A DNA stretch of 62,033 bases, counting the filler, from Choristocarpus tenellus KU-1152 (taxonomy: Eukaryota; Protista; Phaeophyceae): assembly GCA_964200185.2 (NCBI GenBank). It is 12 parts of 12 records of this genome, joined end to end, with 100 filler letters (N's around TTAATTAATTAA, not from the genome) between each part and the next. Parts side by side here need not be neighbours in the genome. Positions count along the whole stretch, not along the records: positions 49,662 to 53,560 come from CAXNAD020017265.1; positions 53,661 to 58,883 come from CAXNAD020011451.1; positions 58,984 to 62,033 come from CAXNAD020022683.1; 9 more parts are not named here. The stretch is one strand, 5' to 3'. The position numbers were made by a program, and so were the translations under genes. How positions within the stretch are numbered: position 1 is the stretch's first letter; each line of letters starts with the position of its first letter. The notes beneath the pieces are model-generated. The model did not search any database, was not told the origin of the DNA, and saw nothing but the letters and a program-made list of their open reading frames with translations. Of the stretch, positions 50,481 through 62,033 are shown piece after piece.

Positions 50481-51305
50481 AGCAGCAAATATACAAATAT
50501 ACTATAAACAATTAACCTCTCTATACAATAACAAGAAAATGAAAATATGCCCAGGCACACTCCGCCCAGTTTCCAAAGCTTGCCAAACATCATCCTAAGG
50601 GTTGAGTTTGAGACCAACCTTAAGACTGGCAGCCGCTTCCAGCATGAATTTTATGATAGTGAAAAAGAGTGGGCGTGTGGTGATGCTCTTGGAGGACAAC
50701 AAAATTTCAAAATATCCTCCATCCTTTCCCTTGTCAGCCTCCGGGTCATCCTGTTGACCAAGTCTTGAAGAACGAATATATTGAAAGTGCTCAAGGATGC
50801 AATATAGAAGTAATAGAGTACAAGTAGTATGTTTGTGGGCAATTCTTGGCTCCAAGTCCAAGCCCACCATACGCTCACCAGAAAAGATGCAGAACTACCA
50901 GGCCTAGCAATGGTACGGGGTAGTGACCCTAAAACCTCCATCCCCCATGGCATATGTTGTTGACCTTGTAGGTTCTGGGCTTGAAGGATTTGGGCTTGCT
51001 AGAGAATCGAAACCTGCTTTGGGAAACGGTTGAATAACAAAATTTGGAAAGCGGCAAGTTGATGTCTTTATGTCGCATCAGGAGCACTAGCGATGCACTT
51101 TGAGTTGAATTTTGGCAGTTGTGGGATCGAATCGTTGGTGGAATGGTGTTGTCAAGAGCAGAAGCCGAGATCCACAACACTCAGTGACATCTTGACTTTA
51201 TTCTACTTGATCGCTTCCATGTGTTTTCCTAGGGGCATTGTCTGCACCAAGCTATCTTCCTATAATGAACCCGATACAGTGTGTTCAACTTTCACAAGTA
51301 TTTCT

Positions 51306-51565
51306 GAGTGAAAGTATCTTAGAGGGTACGAGTTTTGCCCTGTGTGTCCATTTGGGGCTTGATTTCCCCATGGGTTACTTTATGATATTTTTTTACCCCA
51401 GAATGTTTAGGAGTAGGTAAAGTGTATATTTTATGAAAAGACGTGTCTGGAACATGGATATTGACACTTCCTAACAAATATGATAGCCAAAATTACATCA
51501 AAATCGCAACATTGAATTTTGATGCCCAAATGGACGCGGCTTTACCCTCTAAGATACTTTTGCCC
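51306..51565. mobile_element. MITE family A full-length copy
   Basis: GAGTGAAAGTATCTTAGAGGGTA...TACCCTCTAAGATACTTTTGCCC. Confidence 0.88.
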
Positions 51566-51851
51566 TCTTTCTCAACTCGTGAGGAAGTGCATCCCGAAGG
51601 TCATACAAGATCTAGTCGCATGGTCATCGTTTATGCCAAGGGCAAAGGGGAGGCATAGATTTATGGGTGGTGTTTATGTCAAGATAAGGTATTCTTTGAT
51701 ATTTAAGCACCCTACAACAAATTTGATCACAGATTCAATGGACCGACTTCTTGCACTTGTTGAATGGCCCAGCAATGTGTCCCATCAAAGTCTGTAGGAG
51801 CCTACTCTGACTATTCACAGTCTGAGTTATATTGCAGCACGAAACCCCAAA

Positions 51852-52580
51852 CTAAAGCAATTCAGAGGTATATTTCATAACCAACCTCCTCTTCTTCTGC
51901 TCCTCCTCCTCCTCCTCTCCCTTCTCATCCGTCCCACCTTTCCTCTGCTCAGCCTCCAATGCCTCCTTAACCACCTCCTCCTTCATCTCCACACTGGTCA
52001 CATTGACGTCAATTGCCTCACTCCGCACCACCTCCCCATCCCCTGACACATCTTCATGTGCCATTCCCATCACTGCTTTCTCCACCATTGACACCTCCAC
52101 CTCTAATTCCCCCATCTCTTCCACCTCCACTGCCCCCATTCCCTCCACCTCAACCACGGCTATGTCCACCACTGGTGCTTTTACGTCATCTGCATCCACC
52201 ACAGGTGCTTCCACCCCATCGGCCTCCACCACTAACCCTAATACCCCTGCTACATCCTCCCCACCTTCCTCTACCCCTGTTGCCTTCACCCCAGCAGCCT
52301 CAATTACCGCCACTTCAGCCCCTGGCACCTCCAATCCCACCTCCTCCACCCCAACCAGCCCCAGCCCTGCTTCCTCCTCTCCTGGTGTCTCCACCCCCGG
52401 TGTCTCTACCATAGCCACCTCCTCTTCCACAGACTCCATCCAAACCATTTTCACATCCTCTGCCTCCACCTCCCTTTCCTTATCTTGCAGGACCTTCTGC
52501 ACCTCCTGCACCTCTTCCTTCACTTCCTCAACTGAATCCTTGCACACAGGATGCCCTCGGTGTTTGCTCTGGTCAATCAA
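51852..52580 (-). CDS. Large exon encoding an acidic Glu/Val/Gly-rich low-complexity segment of an unknown protein
   Basis: 242-codon open frame preceded on the minus strand by a long pyrimidine tract, a CTTAC branch-like site and TTCTAG acceptor at 52581-52620. The 3' end could be the stop at 51852 or an earlier donor. Confidence 0.55.
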   Translation of the reverse strand: MIDQSKHRGHPVCKDSVEEVKEEVQEVQKVLQDKEREVEAEDVKMVWMESVEEEVAMVETPGVETPGEEEAGLGLVGVEEVGLEVPGAEVAVIEAAGVKATGVEEGGEDVAGVLGLVVEADGVEAPVVDADDVKAPVVDIAVVEVEGMGAVEVEEMGELEVEVSMVEKAVMGMAHEDVSGDGEVVRSEAIDVNVTSVEMKEEVVKEALEAEQRKGGTDEKGEEEEEEQKKRRLVMKYTSELL

Positions 52581-53391
52581 CTAGAAGGGGTTCAAAGAGA
52601 AGTAAGCAAAAGACAAAATTCTCAATGAGATGTTTGAGAAAGGATTGTCATTTTGAGCTTCATTGTCTACGTAGAAAAATCGGATAGTATGGTTATAGTG
52701 GTAGATGATGATACTACTATGAGCAAATCAATATCTGATATAGAGAGATCAAGAATTTCCTGCTGTCAAGGCATGTCAAATCTTAACATCGAGCTCTAGA
52801 AACTCCAATAGAAGTCTATTAGAACGTGGAGAAGAAATAGCATATGGAAAGGGTCGCATCACCCCTTCATGTCAAATGACCAAAGAGAATTTTAAAAATG
52901 AATTGGTTTGGCACAAGGTGGAGATGATGTGATGTACTCTGGAATATTCAGATTCCTTATCTCTACTGTATCTCATGTTCAATTTCTATGCACCCTAGTG
53001 CCCTTCATCCAGAGGTGGTACTTCCCACTTCTCTCCTACTGTCTCCCTGATCCTGGTAGTTTGCACAACTCAGCTCTATCCATCACCCGCATCCTATTTT
53101 TACACTTTTGTGGTATTAACATAGTCACAGTACCCTCCCAAAGAAAGCGCAATACTCAGGTCCTCCTCTTCACACATTGGTCACAGTTGTGTGGAGATCG
53201 ATTGTGACAGTCATGATAGAGGCCTAGATCAGCTTTCAGATTACCTGTTCATCCCTTCTCAAAAGACTCTTCTTCCCCCTCTCATTGAGTCCACTGTACC
53301 ACATCAACAAGCGCTTCAACCTTGTATCCGTTATCACTATTCACAGCATCAAGTGGGGAGCAAGCAGGTATGAGTAAGCATGTAATCAAAA

Positions 53392-53560
53392 GGCTCTAAG
53401 TATCTGGGGGTTGGTGGTGGCTGTCCATTTGGGGTAATTTTTTTCATGTCGCGATTTTTGGGTGATTTGGTTGCATACATCGGATGGAAAAAAATGTAAA
53501 TGCACTTTTCCTGATTTTGTCTCAAATGAACACCCTGGTGTAGACCTTCGCCTCCCCCCC
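53392..53560. mobile_element. MITE family B near-complete copy at a contig end
   Basis: GGCTCTAAGTATCTGGGGG..GTCCATTTGGGG..CATGTCGCGATTTTT..CACCCTGGTGTAGAC followed by a C-run. Confidence 0.85.
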
Positions 53561-54129
53561 NNNNNNNNNNNNNNNNNNNNNNNNNNNNNNNNNNNNNNNN
53601 NNNNTTAATTAATTAANNNNNNNNNNNNNNNNNNNNNNNNNNNNNNNNNNNNNNNNNNNNACACCCTGGTGTAGCCACCCCCCCCTCCCACAGATACTTT
53701 GGGTCCCATCTCCTTCCTCCCCCAACTTCTATCCTGATCCAGTCTTCACCGAGTACGCAGATAGCAGTCTACTAAGTAAATCTGCCTAACTATCCTCCAA
53801 CAATCGGTAAGCACAATACCCTTCCCACTAACTACAAATGGTAAAGCTCATACACACCTCACCACATCAACAATAACTCAGAAGGAAGGAGGTGCAAATG
53901 ATCTTTCAATATCCAGCGCACTTACAAGTACAACTTACCTTGAGTTAGCCATGAAGTGAGAGCAAGGGCATGCTCGAAAATGATCCTCTGTTATAGCTCC
54001 CCATTCTACTGTGCAAGACTCTCGGTATACTATGGCCATTGCATATTGAGAACAAACCGTTTTTACATAAACAAGGTATCAGTGACACGTTAAAGGCTGA
54101 TACTTGGCATCTACATATGTGCTCCAATC

Positions 54130-57100
54130 CTATAGGACGGGGGATCCTTGCACAGATCCAGAAATAAGAACCCTGCCAGTCTCATCTTTCTCACTCATTC
54201 TAAAACCAGATCTGTCGGAGGAAACTTGTTCATTTTGAAAGGGTTGAAACTTCGTTGGTACCAGACTGATGCCTTGGTCAAGATCCATTTTCCGGGTTTT
54301 GGGTAGGGTCTTGGGGATTGCAGGCATGATGTGTAAGGGTGCAAAACATGGTTAGACACAGAAGGGAGGCAGTGTAGTTAGTAGGCCAATGGATGATGCG
54401 AAAAAAACTGAAGCATATATTGAGCAATATAATCCTCACAACACCATCTTAATAAAATATAACCATCAACCTTGAGCAAGATAAGTCATTAACTGCTACG
54501 GTGATGCCATGCAGTCCACCTTTCACATGCATAGTAGGATGTTTTGATTGGCTGGTGCAAAAATAGGTACTGGGGGAGGGGATCTGCAAGGATTACAGAA
54601 TGTAGGATGGCAAACATTGCAGAATGCAAAACAATACGACGCATGGAGGGACTCAAATGGACATCGAACAACTGTAAGGTCACAAATATGATGGTGCAAC
54701 TGGGTAAACATGTGCCTTTGTCCTTAGCCAGCCAGCTAACCTAAACCAACCACCCAAGGTTCAGGATACGAGACATTCAATTCACAGCACATGACCGCCA
54801 TTACCACCGTCAGTCCAGGAACAACTGACACGAAGAGGTAAGGGATGTGTGGTTTCAACTGTGAGTCTCGCATGTATTGGACAAAAGGCAATGTGAGAAC
54901 ATTATATGATTTCTCACCCAAGTTGCTGCTGTTCCAATCAACCCCGATATGAGGAACAGTGAACCAATGCCCACCGTAGACAATCCGGACGAGCTTGTCA
55001 GAAAAGAAGCACATATTGCCCCAATACGCTCAACGGCTGTGCACATAGCATGACCAGTAGAACGAATCTCCGTCGGGAAGAACTCTGGCCTGCAGAGCAT
55101 GCAATCAGAGTTTGGACAAGGCAATTAAAACACCGTACGTACAGTAGAGCTTGATAGCTATTTTTGTATGTAAATGTATTTTGTTTGAAGAGATCAAATA
55201 GGCTCCCAATTCTTAATTGTAGCAATAAACAAGGTAAACTTATCATAACTTCCTAACAAAGCTCTACTCAAAGTCTACAATAAATAGACCAGGGCAATGA
55301 AGGTCCTCAATGATATGTAGGAAGCACCGTATGGCCAAGGGACAGAAAAGAGACAACAGTGGACACCAAATTTGGGCATACATCAACTTATTGCAACTAT
55401 CCATTGTTCAGACAAAGGTGGCACCTATGACGTATCAATGTCGTAGTCAAGTGCATCAGACACATGAACGGGTTGTCATAGTCACCAATCTGCACAAATG
55501 CAACAAATATATTGGAGTCCATCCTCTCTCACGTGGTGACCCAGGCAAAAGCACTACCCAGAAAGGCACTCCCCCTCGCCAAAAAGGCAAATGATGCGAT
55601 CCAGGTTGCACCCAATCCGAAAGGCATCAGCAGGGATGCAATTCCTGCAGCGATGAAACTTCCTATCAACCTCTTCCTTATACCAATGTAATCTGCACAG
55701 AACATAGAGATGATATAGGCCACCAGCTCGCTGGTAGAGATAACGAACAGAAGAAAACTGTCAAATTCAAAAGTGTCGCCATTGCCCAGGATAGATGCCC
55801 CCAGCAGGATGACTCCATCTGCCCCCAAAAATAAAGCGTGGGCATGAGGAAGGCACATATTTAGGGTCGTACAGAACAAAAGGTAAGGCCCAGGGCATGG
55901 CTAGATGTGGATGCACAGGGGGAAAAGTGTGCAATAATACTCACAATATTGGAAGCCAGTAACTCCCCACAAAGTCCATAATGACAACGAATTACGCCTC
56001 AGCTCAGGACTTTGCCAAAGCTCTTCCAAACAGACTTCCTTGAGTGTCATTTGGGGTATAGAAGGCATGGGTGAGAGGTGGGGCGTTTGAGGAGGATGAA
56101 AGAGCCAGTCAACGCTAGGCAACCACCGGGTGCAATGGACAAAGTGTCACATCTTCCCAGTCTTCCCTAAAAACAACAAACATGTGTACTCCTTTATCCT
56201 ATCATAGGCTTAAACTTAATTTCCGGCGATTGTTTGTGCCGTCCGGAGCTCATCCCTGTGTGAACCCAGAAAATAGCAATGAACAGAAATAACAGTAGGT
56301 GACCGGGGTGTTTGTATCCACAGAGATGATGGAAAAGAATGCTAGGTCAACGTTAATTAACCTGAAGTAGAAAATGCAACTTGTTGGCCTTCAGTTTAAG
56401 CCAAAAACAATCGCTTATTTCTACTGTGTCGTGTTCATTAACTTGCCTCGTAGGGGAGCAACTCAAAATCGCCAAGGTCAACACCATTGTAAGATGCCGC
56501 CAGCCGCAGGACATCCTTGGCTTCCTGGAACCTTCCATTGGCCACGAGCCACCGGGGGGACTCTGGGATAAAGGTAAAGCAATAGAGGACTACAAGGGAT
56601 GGAATGGCGGCAGCAACAGCAAGGAAGCGCCACGACCAGCCCATTCCCAGCACAAGCCATGCCACCATCCCTATCAGAAGAGATCCTAAGGCCCACATTC
56701 CTTGAGCCCTCATCAGGATACTGTATGTGCATCATGTGTGTGGATTAGGTAATAAAGTACAGTGGAAGTCCCAAGGGCTATTTCAATGCAGCTTAAACAT
56801 GACTCAAAGCAACAATTATTTGAAAGAAGAAACCCAAGGGGTATACCAAAACACAGGATGAAGAAGACATCTAAGTGATCCTGGTCTGCCACTGTGTACC
56901 CAAACACTAGGAAACTTTAAACTTAAGTGTGGTGTGAATCCAGGAATCCCGTGTTGGAATTGCGAATGGATGAGTCCAAAAAACATTGGACGAGTTGAGA
57001 AAAAAATTGCGGATAGTGCTCCTGTGGTCTAGTTCACAACTTATATAGCACACATCATAGACAGGGGAATGGCTACTGGTTTCAACCAGGAGCATTATTT

Positions 57101-58455
57101 GAGGCTCCAGATTTGAACCCCACATCGTTTGTTCTTCAATGTGAAATACCTTTCTCCGCTGAAAACCTACTGGAATTCAAGTTCCGGAACTATGTTGCTT
57201 GGTGAACTTCGGTGTTGACTCGAACAAACCCATTTATCCCGAAGTTGTCACAAAGAATTTTCGAGGAATGTTGCAATCTACATTGAAAGGGGGTCCTTCC
57301 AAACGGTCCATACAATACAGCCTCCATAGCCTCTGCATGAATGGCCATATTAGTGCCTTTCTCGTTCTCGCATTCAAGCTTCATTCCTATAAACATTGGC
57401 TGCTGTAGTCTTGTTCTCACCTGTCCCTATTAGGTGTTGCCACCAACTCACTCAAAAGGTCAAATGGAACCTCAGCTCCACCCGCTCCAACTCCCACCAG
57501 GAAGCGAAACCCAATCAACCAAGCGAAAGAGGGAGCCACTGCTGAGAGCAAGCCACAAATCGATACCAGTAGTGCACCAATGAGAAAGGCACTGCGCCTG
57601 CCGTAGATATCACTGACAACGCCCAGAATGATAGAACCGACCTGAAATAAGCACACGTGTCCAACGACGTGATATATATATATATATATATTGTAGCATG
57701 GGTTTTTGCTGTAAATCGTGGAAAACCTTATAACTCGGTCTCATATGAAGATGGAGGACGAACAATCCATTATGATATCCCCTCCATTTCATTTCGTCTA
57801 TCCACGGAATAAGACTTGATACGAACCTTTCCCTGCGTTCGGATATTGGCGGGATCGCTTGCATTTGTACGAACGATTAATCGGGACGCACAAGAGGGTA
57901 GAAGCTACATTAAGTGAACTCATGATACTTTGTGAAAATGTGAACTGGTGGGCACTTATCCGAAAACGCTTGGGTGACTATGGGAAATGATAGGCGAAAT
58001 ATCTAAATTTGATTGGGATGAAACTCACTAGTTCTCCAGTGAAGACAGTAGCTGCTAGAAGTCCCTGCTCGAAGCGACTGAGGTCCCATTCCACAGACAC
58101 GCAGGGGCCGAGATAACTCAACAAGGTTATCTCTATACCATCTACTGCTTGGGCCAAATTCAACGCCAGTGATATAGAGCGTGAGAAATTTCCATGCCCC
58201 ACGACTAGCAAGACCTGGAATTGTGTAAGAAAGGTAACAGGACTTAAGAGAGATTGAAAAGCATGGTTTCATATTAACAAGACGAGGTACAAAATATCCC
58301 AAGTCTATGTAGGAATATATAATCACATACAGATGTGAACACTTGTCACTGTAGTGCGAAAAGTGCACCTCCTCGACCCGTACTCCAGTTGGTGAGAATC
58401 TTCGATGACATCCTTGATCTGATGAAACATTATCCGGAAGACTGTCGTACAACAT
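54130..58455 (-). CDS. MFS transporter, SV2/SVOP-like; exons 58455-58369, 58214-58029, 57641-57421, 56720-56447, 56038-55945, 55818-55533, 55089-54918, 54309-54130
   Basis: AVDGIEITLLSYL, GVVSDIYGRR (MFS motif A), FRFLVGVGAGG, WSWRFL, IPESPRWL, QYYGVIL, PEFFPTEIRSTG. Junctions are frame-compatible; one requires a GC donor. Confidence 0.9.
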
Positions 58456-60599
58456 CGTTACAATAGAAGGAGAATTATGGTATGGTAAGGTACAATAGAA
58501 TTTGCATATGATGTAACAAACCAAAAAAACGTGTGGTTGAAACAAAGGAGGGAAGTGAAGCGGTGGAAAGGAATGACACAAACATAACAAAAAGTGTTTT
58601 GGTGTTGTATCTTATTATTATGGTTTATGTGACGGACAAATACACATCCGCGCGCACACACAAAGGTATTACGCGCACATTTCATTGTCATTGGTGGCAT
58701 TCCCAACAACATCAAACACAGAGAACTCTTGAGAATTCTCAGACTTCCCACCATTAACGATCACTAAGACTTGACGTCATTTGGTGGAGCTGGGATCCTC
58801 CTAAAGCTTCTCTTAAGATTTATTGGTTGAGAGAGCTCGGGGAAGCACCCCACCATGACTCACTGGTGATTCTAAACACCCCCNNNNNNNNNNNNNNNNN
58901 NNNNNNNNNNNNNNNNNNNNNNNNNNNTTAATTAATTAANNNNNNNNNNNNNNNNNNNNNNNNNNNNNNNNNNNNNNNNNNNNTGGCATGACCCCCTGAC
59001 ATGATGTAATGACCGTACAGCCACCTCTTATCGTTTTAGGAGAGTTGAGCCACCAACATCGTACGTTTGTCTGAGTTGTCCACTTGGAATATTGTTGTCG
59101 TGAGCAATATTTCCAATCGAAGTCAGAATTGAGGAAGGAGAATGGGTGCACACATTTGATCTCTTCATTTGCTGTGTTGATTTGATTGCGTAACACGCAA
59201 TGTTGTTTGCACTCATCGGAGTAGTGATCAAATCATCGTATAACACTTATAGCAATGTCGAATATCAAACACTAGCCAAATCTTTTTGTTGTCATCGTGT
59301 GTAGTGTTTGCTCCTCGTATCCCCATTCTGAGTATATCCTCTGTTTTAAACAAGATATTAGAGACCTATATGCTGGCCACATATACCTCTTGCCTCGTCT
59401 TTAGGCTGACTGATATGCAGATCCCATACACTCAGACCTCGTTTGTAAGCTTGATTGGTGTGCTGACCACACACCATCAACCTTCAGGCTATGTTATCCT
59501 GATCAGATATCCATCGTTAGCCTCGTTTATATTGTATACTTCATTTGTGTTAATGGAGTCGTGTAATACAATGGTGCAATGTATACTAAGAATCACATAT
59601 GTTTCCCATTTCGCTCTCAGAGCTCACCTTTTCGTTGACCTTGAATCATGTTTACATGGCTTCAAGGCCGATCAGAGGGGGGGGTGATGTGGAAACCACG
59701 TTTGTCTGTTATTATACCGTTATTGCCATATGCCATATACCATTATACCGTGGTACCGATTAAAGTTCCCAGTCAAGTGTCCAAGATTCCACGGACAGCC
59801 TTTCTGTCAGAATGTCACACATGGAAGATCCACTTTATTTCCACATCTTGACTGATGATGAAGCCCCATCTTTGATGTTGCTCATCACTCCTAAGTTTGC
59901 ACTTGTTCAACTTTAGGAGCCTCGGTCACGGTTCGTCCTTGTTCATCTGGTCCGTCTTGCCCCGTGATTCTCTTTTCCACCCTTGCCTGAGTGAACCACG
60001 CCGCCACAGAATCACACGATTCACAGTATTAGATGTTCATTATTTTTTGGGGGTTAATTTTCACACTGTATCTTTGGAATTTGTATCTCGATGATGCACT
60101 TTCTCGATAATCTGAAAATTCTAGCGTTCTGAATTGCGATAATTCAATCAGCTTCAGTTCGATTTGTCGGAATTAACCGAATAACTGAACAGAAAAGTTA
60201 GGTTATTCATTAATTTAATAAAATCACAACACAAACAGAAGTCAGACTAATAACCATTTCAGAGGCTACACAAACACACAATTGTCACATTTATCACTTG
60301 TTTGAATAGATTCCTCCAACTGTATTGGAGATCCCTAGCAGAATGCATGTAGAGTCAGAATACAACAGATTTTTGTTGGTAAGCCCAGAACTGTTCTATC
60401 ATGTGAATGTATGAATAAAAAGCGATTATGTTCTTGCAAGGTGCTTTGAAGTTGCTAGTAACCTATATCCTTGAGTTTAATCACTGTGCAACATTTGGCA
60501 ACATCCCTGAGCTCATCACTTCTACTCCTACATGAAGCGTGATAAGCTGTTAATAAAACTGTATGTCTAACACGTACTTTCCATTCTTTGCATGGAGAA

Positions 60600-61912
60600 G
60601 GGACATCAGTATATGGTCAGGGCTGAAGCGAGGCCCTCCTTTCTGAAGATCGTCTTGAACAACTTTGCACTACTGTGGAGGGCCTGTCTAAGGCGATAAT
60701 GGAATTAAAGCAAGACTGGGACCGTCATTTTCGGATGGATGTTGATAGAGTCGGCAGTGGGTATTATCCTCCTGTCCAAACTGCTGTACCCGGCACGTAG
60801 CCCTGACTGGCTATGTACCAATCAAAGTCAGACCTGTTGAATCCATTGTGGGTGAAGGTTTCCGATTTTGTGGTGATAGCCCAGACGGATTTAGCATCAG
60901 GAGTAGCATGAGCCGGAGATCAGGCTCTTCGGCAAGTTCAGAGTCAAAGCATTTAAGAAGGTTGGGTCACCTCTGTTCAGGGTCAAAAATCCAATGTTGC
61001 GATTTTGATTAATTTTGATTATCGTGTTTGTTAGCAAGTGTCAATATCCTTGCCCTTGGCGCACCTTTCATAATCATACACATTTTAGGTAACTGTTCAT
61101 ACAGAAAACCGAAAAAGGGCATAAAAAAACGTGGGAAGCCAAGCCCCAAACAGACAAACAGGACAAAACTCCCACCCTCTTAAATGCTTTGGGTCACTAC
61201 AACATTGAGGTATGCTGGATGGCTTCATGAAGTTCATTATCTGGAGTGGACGTCAAGAAGACGATTCGTGAGATGTATTCATTGATGGAGTCAAGGAATG
61301 TATCAAAAACCAAGAACAGTCATGCTTTGGTTGCTGGAAGTTCAACACAAGGCAAGGGTCAGTCTCGTTGTAACGGTGAAAGCTGCGAAGGGGGAAGGGA
61401 ATTTTTATGGAGGAAAGAAAAACAGACTTTCATTCCAAACCCAAAAGTTTGGAGAGGATTCCCTGTGACAGGTGTGGCAAGAATGGAGGCAAGGAGGTGG
61501 CTTGCCTGAGTGGCATTTGTACCAAATACAGTGGATATCTCATGATACAGCAACATGTACCTCAGTGTTCATGACCACGGTAGCAGTTGGGGAAGAAAAA
61601 GTGGCAACTGGGCAGGACGAGATCAAGGCTGAATCCTCCCAAAATATTGTGGAAAGTGTGCTCAGCAACTACTGGCAGCCATAGAGGACTCTTCAAGCAG
61701 CAATGGTCAAGGCAAGTGTAGGGCTGAAGAGTGTCTGGGGTGAAGTGTTGAGGATAGTGTAACAAGAGAAGAGTGAATTTGTGATAATGCGGCCTCATGC
61801 CACATGACCAACATGAGGAAGTTCGTGGTCAACTACAAGCAAGCTTGTGTAGTTGATCAAAGGATAATCACTGCTAGTCAGAACTCCTTCCATATTGAAG
61901 GTCGTGGCAAGA
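60600..61912 (+). mobile_element. Degenerate Ty1/copia gag-protease relic
   Basis: Decayed zinc knuckles (CDRCGKNG..C..C..H...C), then ICDNAASCHMTN (copia protease D-S/N-G/A-A-S-x-H-M-T) and IITAS..HIEGRG. Many stops and frameshifts; left boundary approximate. Confidence 0.7.
60941..61195. mobile_element. MITE family A copy (AAAGCATTTA subtype, reverse) inserted in the copia relic
   Basis: GAGTCAAAGCATTTAAGA...TCTTAAATGCTTTGGGTC. The interior is the reverse complement of 33008-33248. Confidence 0.85.
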
Positions 61913-62033
61913 GGGATACACTCAGCGCAAAAAAACTACAAATAAAAATATAAAGATAAGCATGAACAAAAGAAAAGTTCATTGGAAGATTATGATATAA
62001 CAGAACGTAAGACCCAAAGTATCCGGGAGGGGG

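Noticed and set aside
53521-53705. Apparent overlap between adjacent contigs across the 53561 spacer
   Set aside because: Both ends are family B sequence but differ in detail, so a true join is not supported.

Overview
Eukaryotic, intron-rich DNA, not a contiguous locus: 12 short contigs (about 2.6-16.7 kb) joined by identical artificial 100-nt spacers (44 N + TTAATTAATTAA + 44 N). Gene content and intron style suggest a stramenopile, plausibly a brown alga or relative (inference only). Spliced genes reconstructed by hand: two convergent copine paralogs (3' parts) flanking a complete kinesin-light-chain-type TPR gene, part of a PP2A catalytic subunit gene, part of a DDB1/CPSF1/SF3B3-type beta-propeller gene, a complete SVOP-like MFS transporter, and a disabled reprolysin-like metalloprotease + Cys-rich + GDPH/VWD gene. 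Much of the rest is transposon debris: a plant-type mariner transposase pseudogene, gypsy, copia and possible LINE relics, and several MITE families. The most distinctive pattern is a pair of abundant MITE families with unrelated interiors that share terminal inverted repeats and a subterminal CAAATGGAC motif; two copies show clean 4-bp target duplications. No CRISPR array, rRNA or convincing tRNA was found. I found no well-supported new multi-gene system, only the candidates listed under findings.
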